Assembly (NCBI GenBank): GCA_049472335.1
Contig: JBLIRO010000015.1
Coordinates: 8,447 to 72,446, forward strand
DNA: 64,000 nt
Reading direction: 5' to 3'
DNA from: a bacterium
Lineage (GTDB): Bacteria > SZUA-182 > DTGQ01 > JAFGSM01
Under the pieces are notes generated by a model. That model had not been told where the DNA came from. It saw nothing but the letters and a program-made list of their open reading frames with translations, and did not search any database. Position numbers and translations under genes: made by a program. Shown here piece by piece: positions 39,253 through 49,219 of this stretch (within the stretch, counting starts at the first letter, position 1; every line of letters starts with the position of its first letter).

Positions 39253-39792
39253 ATGTTTAAGTTATCAGACATAAGAAAACTTTTTATTTTATTGACTATT
39301 ACTTTTTTGATTATGTTTATTATACCAAATTTAGCTGTTGCCGGTCATGGCGGTATGGGCGGCGGAATGGGCATGAGCAGTATGGGCGGCTGTTGCGGTG
39401 GTATGAGTAGTTATTATGGTGGTTATTATGGTGGTTATTATCCTACCACTACGGCATCCTGGCTGGGTGGGTATGGGTATAGTCCCTATGCAACAACTAT
39501 CGGAAGCCCATATTCGGCTTATGGATATTCACCTTATTACAACACCAGGATCGGTAGTTTGCTCGGAACATCCCTGGGAGGATACGGCGGACTTTACGGT
39601 TATGGAGGGGGAGTCTCAAACACCTATACTACTTATGTTCCAGGCGGTCAGATAAGTACGACAGTTCCTAGTTATGGCGGCTATGGCTATGGTTTATTAG
39701 GAGGCGGCTTAACTGGTTTAGGCGCCTATGGCTTAGGAGGTGGTTACGGTTATAATCCATATTCCTATGGTCTTGGAACTCAATGGATTTGA
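39253..39792 (+). CDS. Secreted Gly/Tyr-rich low-complexity protein
   Basis: Likely ATG at 39253 after 'ggggg'; signal peptide ending LAVA; mature region almost entirely G/Y/S/L/T/P. Confidence 0.75.
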   Translation: MFKLSDIRKLFILLTITFLIMFIIPNLAVAGHGGMGGGMGMSSMGGCCGGMSSYYGGYYGGYYPTTTASWLGGYGYSPYATTIGSPYSAYGYSPYYNTRIGSLLGTSLGGYGGLYGYGGGVSNTYTTYVPGGQISTTVPSYGGYGYGLLGGGLTGLGAYGLGGGYGYNPYSYGLGTQWI

Positions 39793-39847
39793 TTTACCCG
39801 ATAATTAATTTATTTGTATTATATTGATTTATTAAAAAGCAGGCAGT

Positions 39848-39887
39848 CTCTTAATCCCCTCCACTTGATGTGGAGGGGATTAAGGGA
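39848..39887. terminator. Strong hairpin between convergent genes (probable bidirectional terminator)
   Basis: cttaatcccctccac-ttgat-gtggaggggattaag, perfect 15-bp stem. Confidence 0.75.
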
Positions 39888-39894
39888 TTTAGGC

Positions 39895-42660
39895 CTAAAT
39901 CGCAACTCTCATCAATTCATCAATGGTAGTGAGACCTTTCTTCACACAGGCAAGCCCGTTTTTTTGAAGTGTAATAAGCCCCAATTCTTCCGCTTTTTCT
40001 TGTATTCTTAGGGGTGACTCCCTGTTTAATATCATCTCCCGTATCTCATTCCACATGGGCAATACCTCATAGATGGCAAACCTTCCCTTATATCCTGTAT
40101 GATTACAATTAGGACAACCCTTACCAGATTGAATTCTTAATCCTGAAATGTCTACTCCCATTTTTTTAAGATAATCCAGTTGCTTGTCAGGATGCCTGGT
40201 CTCACTTATACAGTCAGGGCAGATCCTTCTCATTAATCTCTGCGCAATAATCAAGTCTACTGAAGACACCACCAGAAAAGGTTCTATACCCATCTCCAGC
40301 AATCTTGTTATTGTCTCGATTGCACTATTAGTGTGCAAAGTGCTTAAAACAAGATGACCGGTAAGCGATGCTTTCACGGCAATCTCCGCTGTTTCCAAAT
40401 CACGCATTTCACCTACCATTATGATGTCAGGATCCTGCCTTAAAAATGACCGCAAGGCCGTGGCAAAATCCAATCCGATCTTGGTATTCATCTGAAACTG
40501 ATTGATGCCCGGAATATTATATTCTATCGGATCTTCAGCAGTGCTTATGTTTCTTGTGCCATCATTCAGTTTTTGAAGGATGGAATATAGTGTTGTGCTT
40601 TTTCCGCTGCCCGTAGGGCCGGTGACCAGGATCATTCCCTTGGATTTGTACATGGCCCCTGTCAATGCCTTTAAGTCTTCTTCCATCATTCCAAGTCTCA
40701 GTATGTCTATTTGGAGATTGGATTTATCAAGCAGGCGCATGACTATCTTTTCACCGAAAGGGCCGGGAAAGGTTGACACGCGAAAGTCTACGTATCTGTC
40801 TTCCATTTTTATTTTGAACCTGCCATCCTGTGGCAGACGTCTTTCTGATATATTCAGACGAGACATAATCTTTATGCGTGAGCTTATGGCATTTCTGTAC
40901 TTAAAGGGAGGATTCATCAATTGTACGAGTGAGCCGTCAACCCTAAGCCGAACCCTCAATTCATTCTCATATGGTTCGATATGGATATCGCTGGCCCTTT
41001 TAGTTATGGCTTCTTTTAAAATCAGATTGACCAGCTTAACTATAGGACCTTTAGCGTTTTCACATTCATCGATCGCAGCGGGTTCCTCTTCTTTTTCCTC
41101 TACAAATTCCAAATCCTCTTCTTCCTTGTTGATCTCCTCAATAGCCTTATCAACCGTAACAGAAGAAGATTTGTCTCCGTTATAGAACCTGTCGATACTC
41201 TTTGCCAGGAAATATTCAGCCGCTGCAAAAGGTACGATCTTGTATCCGGAAATAAATTCAAGATCACTTATTTTCTCTATATCCCTGGGATTATCCAGAG
41301 CGGTAAAGAGCCTTTGCTCATCCATCCTAAAGGGAAGAGAATAATATCTCTTTGCATATTTTCCCGGTATGCTATCTAAAATGTGCTCAGGTATATTATG
41401 GATCTCGGAAGTATTTACTACGGATACACCTTTAAATTGCTCGGCTAAATAATTTATTAGGTCTTTCTCCGATGCGTAATGAAGTGCTGCAAGATTGAAC
41501 TGAAAGCTCCTTCCATTTGTTTTTCTTGACTCAAGTACCTTTTGCAATTGGATCTTTGATATCTTTTCATCAGAATAAAGTCTATGCCCTAGTGTCTCAT
41601 CTACCAGATATTTGTCTGTGGTATTGTGAGAATTGCAGATCTTGTGTAATGTATTAGTTTGGGTCAGGTATGTATCTACGTTGTCCTCTTGTTTTAGGTT
41701 ATTTGTTATTTTATTGATAAAAATATTAGACAGGTTGTGCAAACCTTCTCTTTGCTGTTCCAGCCGGTCCAATTCCGATAAGATTGAATAAAAAATCTCC
41801 GTTACACTTTTTCTGATTTGCCAGGATTTATCATCCAGCCTTCTGGAATAATGATGTATTATTTCATTGACCTTATTGATGTTTCCGTTTGATAGAAATT
41901 CTATGATTTTTCCCTTGATTTCATCATTATATTCTGAAAAAAAATCAGAATCGCTATCCTCTAAGCCTTCCCCGATTATAGTGATTTTAGGTGGCTCCTC
42001 TGATGGGGATTCCTCTGATTCGTCAAATATAAGATTGTCCACTTCATTAAGTTCAAGTATTTCCACTTCATTAAGTTCAAGATTATTGTTTTCTTTTAAT
42101 GAGGGGTTTTCAGATTCCTCAAGTGTAAGCCTGCCCGTTTCCTCCGGGGATGATTCATTGGCAGAATAACTATCTAAATCTTTATCTTTTATTTCCTTTA
42201 TTTTTAATGATCCTTGGGATATCCTTTCGTATTTTATCTCATTGACCATTATTTTAGATATGCTCTCTTTCTTAAGGATTTTTGCAATACCACCATTTTC
42301 AGTCAATTCTTCGGGCTGTTTGGAGAGAAAAATCAAAAAGGTTTTTAACTCTGCTTGAGTTAATCCTTCTAAAAAACTGATACTTTCAATATTTCTTTTT
42401 ATAAGGTCTGAGAGAAACTTCGAAGAGAAATTATATTTACCGTTAATTGGAATATTTTCAACTAATAGTGTGCCTTCACCGATACTAGTTGTTAATATTT
42501 TTTTCTTTTTGAGGATATAATTAAGCATCTGATAGAATTTTTCTATAGGATTGAGTGCGCCAGGATGATTCAGCGGATAGGAGCCTATTCCTTTGATACT
42601 AAGGTATAGGAGTTTTATGGTATCTTGTAGTACTTCCTTATGGCCATATATCCAAGACAT
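39895..42660 (-). CDS. PilB/GspE-family assembly ATPase with long N-terminal extension
   Basis: 'ASDIHIEP', 'ERRLPQDGR', Walker A GPTGSGKST, 'LRQDPDIIMVGE', 'TGHLVLSTLH', CxxC..CxxC; degenerate MshEN-like domain; about 350 extra N-terminal residues. Confidence 0.92.
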   Translation of the reverse strand: MSWIYGHKEVLQDTIKLLYLSIKGIGSYPLNHPGALNPIEKFYQMLNYILKKKKILTTSIGEGTLLVENIPINGKYNFSSKFLSDLIKRNIESISFLEGLTQAELKTFLIFLSKQPEELTENGGIAKILKKESISKIMVNEIKYERISQGSLKIKEIKDKDLDSYSANESSPEETGRLTLEESENPSLKENNNLELNEVEILELNEVDNLIFDESEESPSEEPPKITIIGEGLEDSDSDFFSEYNDEIKGKIIEFLSNGNINKVNEIIHHYSRRLDDKSWQIRKSVTEIFYSILSELDRLEQQREGLHNLSNIFINKITNNLKQEDNVDTYLTQTNTLHKICNSHNTTDKYLVDETLGHRLYSDEKISKIQLQKVLESRKTNGRSFQFNLAALHYASEKDLINYLAEQFKGVSVVNTSEIHNIPEHILDSIPGKYAKRYYSLPFRMDEQRLFTALDNPRDIEKISDLEFISGYKIVPFAAAEYFLAKSIDRFYNGDKSSSVTVDKAIEEINKEEEDLEFVEEKEEEPAAIDECENAKGPIVKLVNLILKEAITKRASDIHIEPYENELRVRLRVDGSLVQLMNPPFKYRNAISSRIKIMSRLNISERRLPQDGRFKIKMEDRYVDFRVSTFPGPFGEKIVMRLLDKSNLQIDILRLGMMEEDLKALTGAMYKSKGMILVTGPTGSGKSTTLYSILQKLNDGTRNISTAEDPIEYNIPGINQFQMNTKIGLDFATALRSFLRQDPDIIMVGEMRDLETAEIAVKASLTGHLVLSTLHTNSAIETITRLLEMGIEPFLVVSSVDLIIAQRLMRRICPDCISETRHPDKQLDYLKKMGVDISGLRIQSGKGCPNCNHTGYKGRFAIYEVLPMWNEIREMILNRESPLRIQEKAEELGLITLQKNGLACVKKGLTTIDELMRVAI

Positions 42661-42808
42661 TGTTTCTCCTCAAAATCCGGACTCAATTTAAATTAATCCC
42701 ACATTTTCTTTCCTCCCCTATCTTCTTCTTTCTTGCACTCTGAGGCTCGAAGATTCTGTCAATCTTTAAAATGTTTCGCTTAAATAAAAATCGACTGTAT
42801 TTAAGCCA

Positions 42809-42825
42809 AGCAAAACATATGCCAA
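42809..42825 (-). promoter_or_regulatory. Putative sigma54 promoter for the pilB-like gene
   Basis: Minus strand TTGGCATATGTTTTGCT, a close match to TGGCAC-N5-TTGCW, about 150 nt upstream of the ATG. Confidence 0.7.
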
Positions 42826-42917
42826 AATTTGATTATCCTGATATATTGATTTTTAGATATTTCTGCTGTTGGCAGTCATAAAAAAATGATATTATTCTGA
42901 TCAATGGAGTAGTATTT

Positions 42918-45740
42918 TTATACATTTTCGAGATTATAAAGATAATAATAGATATTGCGGAGTCTAATAAGCTCATCATGACTTCCTTGTTCTGCGAGTT
43001 TACCCTTCTCGAGAACTATTATTATATCCGCATGTTCTATATTCTTCATATCATTCTCAATTATAAAGCAGGTTCGACCTTCCATAAGCTTTTTCATATT
43101 TTCCTTGAAGGCCTTTTCAGAATACTTATCTAAAAAATTAGTTGCATTGTCAAAAACAAGTATGGAAGGATTGTGATAAACAGCCCTTGCGATTGCAATG
43201 CACTGCCTTTGGCTTGCAGATAATGCCATCCCTCTTTCACCCACTCGGGTGTCGTATCCCAGGAGTAAATTTTCTATGAATACATGAGCATTGCTTAATC
43301 TTGCCGCCCTTAGTATTTGATCCATATCCGGGTCCTTTTCACCAAGGGCTATATTATTAGCTATTGTGCCGTCAAAGATATAATTTTCCTGAAGCACGAT
43401 ACCGAAATGTTTTCTGAGGTCTCTGTGGTTTATCCTTTTTAGATCGATGTTATCATAAAAGATTGTGCCTTCGGTTGGTTCCAAAAGACCGGCGAGGCAT
43501 TTAATCAAAGTAGTTTTACCCGAACTGTTGCGGCCCACTATGGCAACTTTTTTGCCGGGCGGGACCTCAAAACTGATATCAGTGAGTATCTTGGGGGACC
43601 CAGGGCCTCCGTATTGAAACCCCACTTTTTGAAAACGTATCTTCCCTTCAAAGGTCCTGACAGGTTTAATATCAGAATGATTGACACCCTGCTCCGGGTC
43701 CTGTTCAAATATATCATTCAACCGGCTTGAGGGTCCTGAAACAGACTGCATATTTTGCCATACGGAAAGTAAACCAGTAATGGACTCGTTTGCAAGTAAT
43801 GCAAAAAAACAAAAAGCAACCAAGCCCCCGATAGTTAATCTGGCGCTTATAACCTGATAAGCACCCAGCCACCCAAAAAGGGCCATAGGAAGAAAGGTAG
43901 TAATCCGAATAACTCCATCGTAAAACATAAAATTGAAGTTTGTATTAATAAGGGGTTGAGCAGTATTCTGAAACAGTGCGAGGGCCTTTTCCTCTACAGC
44001 ATCTTCCGCTCCCATGGCCTTCAGGTTTTCTATCCCTTGGAGAATATCAAGCTGGGAGGAAAGGTGTTTCCTGAAAAACTCTTCAAAAAAATTATAGCCG
44101 ACCTTTAGCCTTTGGGCAAAATATTTTATAATTATCAGATATATAGGCACTGCGGTGAGGAAGATCAAACCAAGTTTTGGGCTATAAAAAAACATCAGTA
44201 TAATGGCAATGGATAATTGAACTATACATCCGAGGATATTGATACTGTTCTTCACCAGAAAATCCAGCAATGGCCTTATCCCTGCGATACGATTCTGTAT
44301 TTCTGCCCTATGTCTCATATTAAAATAATCCATTGGAAGGTCCAGGATTTTACGAATAAGGCATTCCATCGCAGATATATTAAAATGCGCTGCAGCGAAA
44401 CTTAATAGATACCTCTGCGCTGCCATAAAAAGAAGAGCCAGAAATAAAACCGAAAACATAGAAACAGCACATATGGAAAGCAAGCCTGTGTTTTCTCCGA
44501 CAATGGCACCGTCCACTATAATTTTAAGAAATACCGGCAATGACATCTGAAAGGCGCTAATGGCTATGGTAAGTGCTAAAACCTTCAATATGGTTTGTTT
44601 GAAAGGACGGAAAAAGGGCCATAACCAGTGTAAAAAAAGTTTTCCCTTAAGGGACAGGCTAACGTTATTACCCAAATACCGGCAAACCATTACAAGGCTC
44701 GCTGATGCACGATCCTCTTTTTCTCCCTGCCAGGTGTATGGAAAGGCCTTTATCTTCTTTTTCGATCTCTTAACGGAGCACCCTTCCATTGAAGCAAAAG
44801 GGCCAGGGCCGGCGCTTAAGAAAGCGCCGGAATATTCAACTTCCTGTTTTTCATGTTCAGGCCCGGGCTCTTTGTTGACTTTAATATCATCAGGAAATAT
44901 CCCTTCATTAAAATCCAATGGCACATTAGCAATGCATCTGTAATCATATTGAGAGATTCTTTCCTCAATCTGAGTAATGAATTCGGGATAGTTCTCTATC
45001 ATCATTTTAAAGCTTTCCCGCATAAGCAAAAGCAACTTACAAGGAGAATGGGCCTGAACAGAGGCTGAACGCTTGATCCCATTAAACATGGACAATTCTC
45101 CGAAGAAATCCCCTTTTCTTAGAAAAGCTCTATATATTCGATTGCCATTTTCTTCAGTAAAAACCCTAAGCCTGCCATCTTCGATTATATACATAGGGCC
45201 GGGTTCATCCCCTTGCCGAATAATAAATTCTCCCTCATTGACAGATATCTCTTTAGCCTCGGAAAGTATTGTTTTCAGCCCGGCAATCGGTAGATGTAAA
45301 AAAGGAGTGTATTCCAGGAAAAAATTATGTAGATTTCGATATTTTATCTGGAGTTCAAAAAATTCCTTGATATCCGGATTGTTTTCTATCAATGACCTGA
45401 ATATGGATGAATCGAGCCTGTAGGCAAGGATATCGCTGCTGGCACGAACCGTTGCTGTTCTTTTTTTTTCTGTCTGAGATAACAGACCCATTTCTCCGAA
45501 AGTGTCTCCCGGACGGAGAAGGTATAAGGAAATCTCTTTCCCATTTGTATCCATCTTGACCACACGCGCTCGTCCAGATGCCAAAATATAAAATGCATCA
45601 GCAGGCTCACCCTCTTGCACGACTGTCTTCCCGAAAGGATACGATACCTGGACAAAGCTATTGATGACAATTTTTTTTACGTCTTTTGGTAACAGTGCAA
45701 AAATAGGTTGATTATAAAGAACGGAACAAGGATTTTCCAT
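42918..45740 (-). CDS. HlyB/PCAT-like ABC exporter with two N-terminal cNMP-binding domains, vestigial C39 stub and degenerate NBD
   Basis: Two 'GD.FGE...R.A(T/S)V.A' cNMP domains; 6-TM ABC membrane domain; NBD reads GRNSSGKT / LSASQ / VFDN. ATG at 45740 follows SD aaggag. Confidence 0.85.
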   Translation of the reverse strand: MENPCSVLYNQPIFALLPKDVKKIVINSFVQVSYPFGKTVVQEGEPADAFYILASGRARVVKMDTNGKEISLYLLRPGDTFGEMGLLSQTEKKRTATVRASSDILAYRLDSSIFRSLIENNPDIKEFFELQIKYRNLHNFFLEYTPFLHLPIAGLKTILSEAKEISVNEGEFIIRQGDEPGPMYIIEDGRLRVFTEENGNRIYRAFLRKGDFFGELSMFNGIKRSASVQAHSPCKLLLLMRESFKMMIENYPEFITQIEERISQYDYRCIANVPLDFNEGIFPDDIKVNKEPGPEHEKQEVEYSGAFLSAGPGPFASMEGCSVKRSKKKIKAFPYTWQGEKEDRASASLVMVCRYLGNNVSLSLKGKLFLHWLWPFFRPFKQTILKVLALTIAISAFQMSLPVFLKIIVDGAIVGENTGLLSICAVSMFSVLFLALLFMAAQRYLLSFAAAHFNISAMECLIRKILDLPMDYFNMRHRAEIQNRIAGIRPLLDFLVKNSINILGCIVQLSIAIILMFFYSPKLGLIFLTAVPIYLIIIKYFAQRLKVGYNFFEEFFRKHLSSQLDILQGIENLKAMGAEDAVEEKALALFQNTAQPLINTNFNFMFYDGVIRITTFLPMALFGWLGAYQVISARLTIGGLVAFCFFALLANESITGLLSVWQNMQSVSGPSSRLNDIFEQDPEQGVNHSDIKPVRTFEGKIRFQKVGFQYGGPGSPKILTDISFEVPPGKKVAIVGRNSSGKTTLIKCLAGLLEPTEGTIFYDNIDLKRINHRDLRKHFGIVLQENYIFDGTIANNIALGEKDPDMDQILRAARLSNAHVFIENLLLGYDTRVGERGMALSASQRQCIAIARAVYHNPSILVFDNATNFLDKYSEKAFKENMKKLMEGRTCFIIENDMKNIEHADIIIVLEKGKLAEQGSHDELIRLRNIYYYLYNLENV

Positions 45741-45745
45741 AAATT

Positions 45746-46837
45746 TTACTCCTTGTAGGAAACGGGTTTCCATCGGAGCCCGTAGAGGGTTTCATAATCA
45801 ATCAAATTTTGCAAAATGCTCTTTTTGGCCTTTTCTTTTATACATGGATCCTTTTCAGAAGGCATTACCTTATCGGAAATCAAAAAAAGGGTAGGCCTTC
45901 CCGCAAGATCCAATGGACCTACTAATTCATTCTTTTGAGCATGTAGAAAATGGGTATGCAGGGAAGAATCGATACAGTCCAGGTAATAATGGCCCTTTTG
46001 AATCCGGCTGTTCAATCTTTCAGCCATATCGCCAAGCCTTTCTCCATCATCCCTTACACAAAGGATTGCTTCCCTGGCTATCTGCTCATCCTGAAATGAG
46101 ACGGACATGAAATCAATCCTTATCCAATCAAAATTATGAAGTCTGATTTGTTCATTTATTGCATCCGAGGTAAAGGCCTGACTACAGAAATGTTGATAGT
46201 AAATCTCTGAACATGCCAGGATCTCCAATTTTTTTTCGCAAACTTCGAAGGAAAATCCCCTCCAGTCACTATTTCTTAGATTTGCATTGTATGTATTTAA
46301 AAGCGCCTTCAAATCTCTTTCTCTTAATATCTCAGATTGGTCAACAACTGATTCCTTTTTTTGCTTTTCATACTTTTCATAAATGGATAACCTGCCAGCC
46401 ATTTTTTGGCATACTGAAAAAAGCCGCCCGGAACATATTGCTTCTGCCTTAAGATTAAGAGAAATCTCCTGGTCGGTAACCGGAAAGCCGGATATTATTT
46501 CAGGTAACTGTTCTGCCCACTTCTTTCTAAGGATGGAAATACAGATGAATTTCATCAAATCTATGGTTTTCAGATCCCATTGTTTCAGCCATTTCTCTGC
46601 TTCATCAACAGAGAGGAATTCATGCTCATTCAGAAATTCTTTTATTGCCGAATTCATCTCTTCATTGGTTGGTGATTCAGCCATACAGCGCATCCTTTTT
46701 ACACATGCCAGTCCTTTGCGAACATCCTCTTTGAGATTGCTCCAATACCCCCAGGCTACTGCTGCAAGTAGAACATCTCCCCAATAATATTGATTGCTTC
46801 CCATATTAAAAGCCGGCTTATTTAACAGTGAATCCAT
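45746..46837 (-). CDS. Hypothetical protein, SurA/parvulin chaperone-like partner of the cNMP-ABC exporter
   Basis: Helical 'E....F...E...WL..W.L' segment and 'A.E....V...G....A....A....LVGP' PPIase-like tail; 5 nt from the ABC start. Confidence 0.55.
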   Translation of the reverse strand: MDSLLNKPAFNMGSNQYYWGDVLLAAVAWGYWSNLKEDVRKGLACVKRMRCMAESPTNEEMNSAIKEFLNEHEFLSVDEAEKWLKQWDLKTIDLMKFICISILRKKWAEQLPEIISGFPVTDQEISLNLKAEAICSGRLFSVCQKMAGRLSIYEKYEKQKKESVVDQSEILRERDLKALLNTYNANLRNSDWRGFSFEVCEKKLEILACSEIYYQHFCSQAFTSDAINEQIRLHNFDWIRIDFMSVSFQDEQIAREAILCVRDDGERLGDMAERLNSRIQKGHYYLDCIDSSLHTHFLHAQKNELVGPLDLAGRPTLFLISDKVMPSEKDPCIKEKAKKSILQNLIDYETLYGLRWKPVSYKE

Positions 46838-47154
46838 AAAATGGGCTTCCTCCTGTAAAAGGGTTTTTCACCTCAATTTATACCGTATCCAAATTCAATA
46901 CCTATCGTATAAATTTACCCTTTTGCCCACGTCATGAACCACTCAACGGTGTGCATAGCGGAATGGATTATGAGGTTCTTTTTACCTATATCGGCAATAT
47001 TATAAAAATTCTCCAAGCTTAATTGTAAAAACTTTCAGCAATTGCTAAAATTTTGGCAAATGGGATTTTATCGCAGCTCTTGGCAAATCAGCTACGTTTT
47101 TATTTTTGTTTGCCCGGCTCCATATTTAACTATTAATTTTGAACCAAAAAGTAA

Positions 47155-47490
47155 ATGACTGCTATTGAATGGAAAGATCTGCTGAATTTCATCCTGAAAA
47201 ATTTTATCATTCGGTATGAAGATTTTGGAAAGAAAGAGTATCATCCGTATAGAGAAAGACATATTGTAGGTTTTATCCGATTTGAGGAAAGTGAGATCTT
47301 TTTTGATAAAGATATCAGTGGAAAAACCGAAGAATTGACATGGGCTCACGAAGCCCTGAGTATATACTATTATCATATCTTAAAGATCATTAGGCATGAT
47401 GATGAAATAGAAAATGAAGCCAGAGAATTATGCGAAGATACCAGATTTTGTGATATCCTGAAGGAATATATTAAAAGGGGACGGAGTTAG
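47155..47490 (+). CDS. Hypothetical protein (weak ImmA/IrrE-like, incomplete HExxH)
   Basis: 111-aa ORF; 'EELTWAHEAL...E.EA'. Confidence 0.55.
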   Translation: MTAIEWKDLLNFILKNFIIRYEDFGKKEYHPYRERHIVGFIRFEESEIFFDKDISGKTEELTWAHEALSIYYYHILKIIRHDDEIENEARELCEDTRFCDILKEYIKRGRS

Positions 47491-47529
47491 TTTATTAGTT
47501 TAAGGCATTCTACTCGACATATTTTTTAA

Positions 47530-49215
47530 TCAATACTCCATATTGTCAAGTTGCCTATAGCCCAAAACCATGGGTATGACTCCCACGATGACGGTTGCCG
47601 CAACAGTTACAAGCCATGAAAGTGTTATCAGTGACCGGAATGTCCTTACAGAAATGGCGGAATTTACCTCGTAACTATAAAAGATCCCTAAAAAGGGCCC
47701 TATCAATATAATCACATAAAATAGAGCAATAATGAAATTAAGGGTCCCGCCAAAACCAGAGACAATCTTTGCGGAATTCTCCTCCTTAAAATTTGGGTAG
47801 ACGGACCCAAGACCTATGGATAGCCCGACAAGACCAAAACTTGCAAGTCCTGCGATTCCACAGGATATATATGTCATGGATTGGCTTGTTTTTAGGATAA
47901 CATTGGTGGCAAACATCAGGGATTCGCTTACCAGCAGGATGCCTGTAAGATACATGAAAAATTTTTGAAAGATCAGTCTTCGAAAGGTTATCGGGGCAAG
48001 GCCGAGCACCCATATCTTTTTGCCTTCAAGACTTATCAAAGGAAAAAGGAATCTCACTGTAAGCGAGGCCAGTACAAGGACAGTGGCCATTAGGTTTAGA
48101 AATGTAATATTTACCCTCCAGAATGGGCTGATCGCCTCTGTTGGAATATTTCTCAAATTAAAGATATAAATCCCCAGGATACTGAAGTAAACGAGAAATT
48201 GTGACCATTGGCCGGGATCCCTTATAAAAAGCTTTATATCTTTTATTATCATGGTAACCGTTGAGCGCGGAAGGAAAAACAAAAGATAAGCCACAAGATT
48301 TACAGGGCTTTTTTTTACAGGATACAATCTTTCTTTTTTTCCTCCTTTATAAGACGCCCATCCGGAATAAAAGCTTTTTTTGGCGACAAACCAATTGATT
48401 TGCAGCAAGAAAAGCGTGGTTGTTGAAAAGGTGAGGAAATAAAAAAGGGCGTTGCTAAAACTGTTGATACTTGAGCTGATAATAGACTTCGAGATCCAGT
48501 AACCAGGGAAGAGGGGATGCCTGAAGAAACGCAAATGATGGAGCAGGTCGTTCATTATAAATTCCATTTCGGTTTTTGCTGAAAAAGCTGGCTGTACATT
48601 TATTTTGTAAGCCCAATATAGCAGAATGAGGACAGAAAGGATTACAAAAATAAGCACATATTTAAGCTTTTGGAAATCCATAAATCTCATAAGTGCAAGT
48701 ATAATCAGCGATGCCAGGGCTGTAGGCATTATGAGAAAGGGTATGAAGTAAAAAGGGATTGAGATGTAAAACCAAAAGGGAACATGTTTGACAAGGGCGA
48801 AGGCAATAATGAACGGGATCCCCATAAACAGAAAGGTCCATGAGCTAAATATAACAGACTGCATGAAGCGATAGAAGAATATAATCGTGTCCTGTATAGG
48901 TTTAGAGAATAAAAAATCAACCTCGGAAGTGGTATAAAAGGTTATATAGCAGACAATTATGCTGCTCAAAGTAAGCATTATAAAAAGGGCGGCAAAAAAG
49001 AGATATATGACTTCATCCACAAGTATTGACCCAACAAGCGGAAATCTGTTTATGAACCTGAATCCTTTATAGGATATCCCCAACGCCCCAAACCAGAAGA
49101 TAAAGGCACAGGTGATAAGAAAAACCGTTTTTAGAAGCGGTTCTTGCTTAATCTGTGTAACATGGTTTTTAAGTATCCATCTCTGGGCCTTTATAAGACC
49201 CGCTAAACCGTCCAT
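47530..49215 (-). CDS. Putative ABC exporter permease (multi-TM)
   Basis: About 12 TM helices; 'E..FL...P', 'KD...F.RD..QWSQ', 'RF.FP..SLEG..W....P'. Confidence 0.85.
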   Translation of the reverse strand: MDGLAGLIKAQRWILKNHVTQIKQEPLLKTVFLITCAFIFWFGALGISYKGFRFINRFPLVGSILVDEVIYLFFAALFIMLTLSSIIVCYITFYTTSEVDFLFSKPIQDTIIFFYRFMQSVIFSSWTFLFMGIPFIIAFALVKHVPFWFYISIPFYFIPFLIMPTALASLIILALMRFMDFQKLKYVLIFVILSVLILLYWAYKINVQPAFSAKTEMEFIMNDLLHHLRFFRHPLFPGYWISKSIISSSINSFSNALFYFLTFSTTTLFLLQINWFVAKKSFYSGWASYKGGKKERLYPVKKSPVNLVAYLLFFLPRSTVTMIIKDIKLFIRDPGQWSQFLVYFSILGIYIFNLRNIPTEAISPFWRVNITFLNLMATVLVLASLTVRFLFPLISLEGKKIWVLGLAPITFRRLIFQKFFMYLTGILLVSESLMFATNVILKTSQSMTYISCGIAGLASFGLVGLSIGLGSVYPNFKEENSAKIVSGFGGTLNFIIALFYVIILIGPFLGIFYSYEVNSAISVRTFRSLITLSWLVTVAATVIVGVIPMVLGYRQLDNMEY

Positions 49216-49219
49216 ATTC

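Noticed and set aside
47155..47490. Active IrrE/ImmA metalloprotease
   Set aside because: HEALS lacks the second His and no HTH repressor gene is adjacent.
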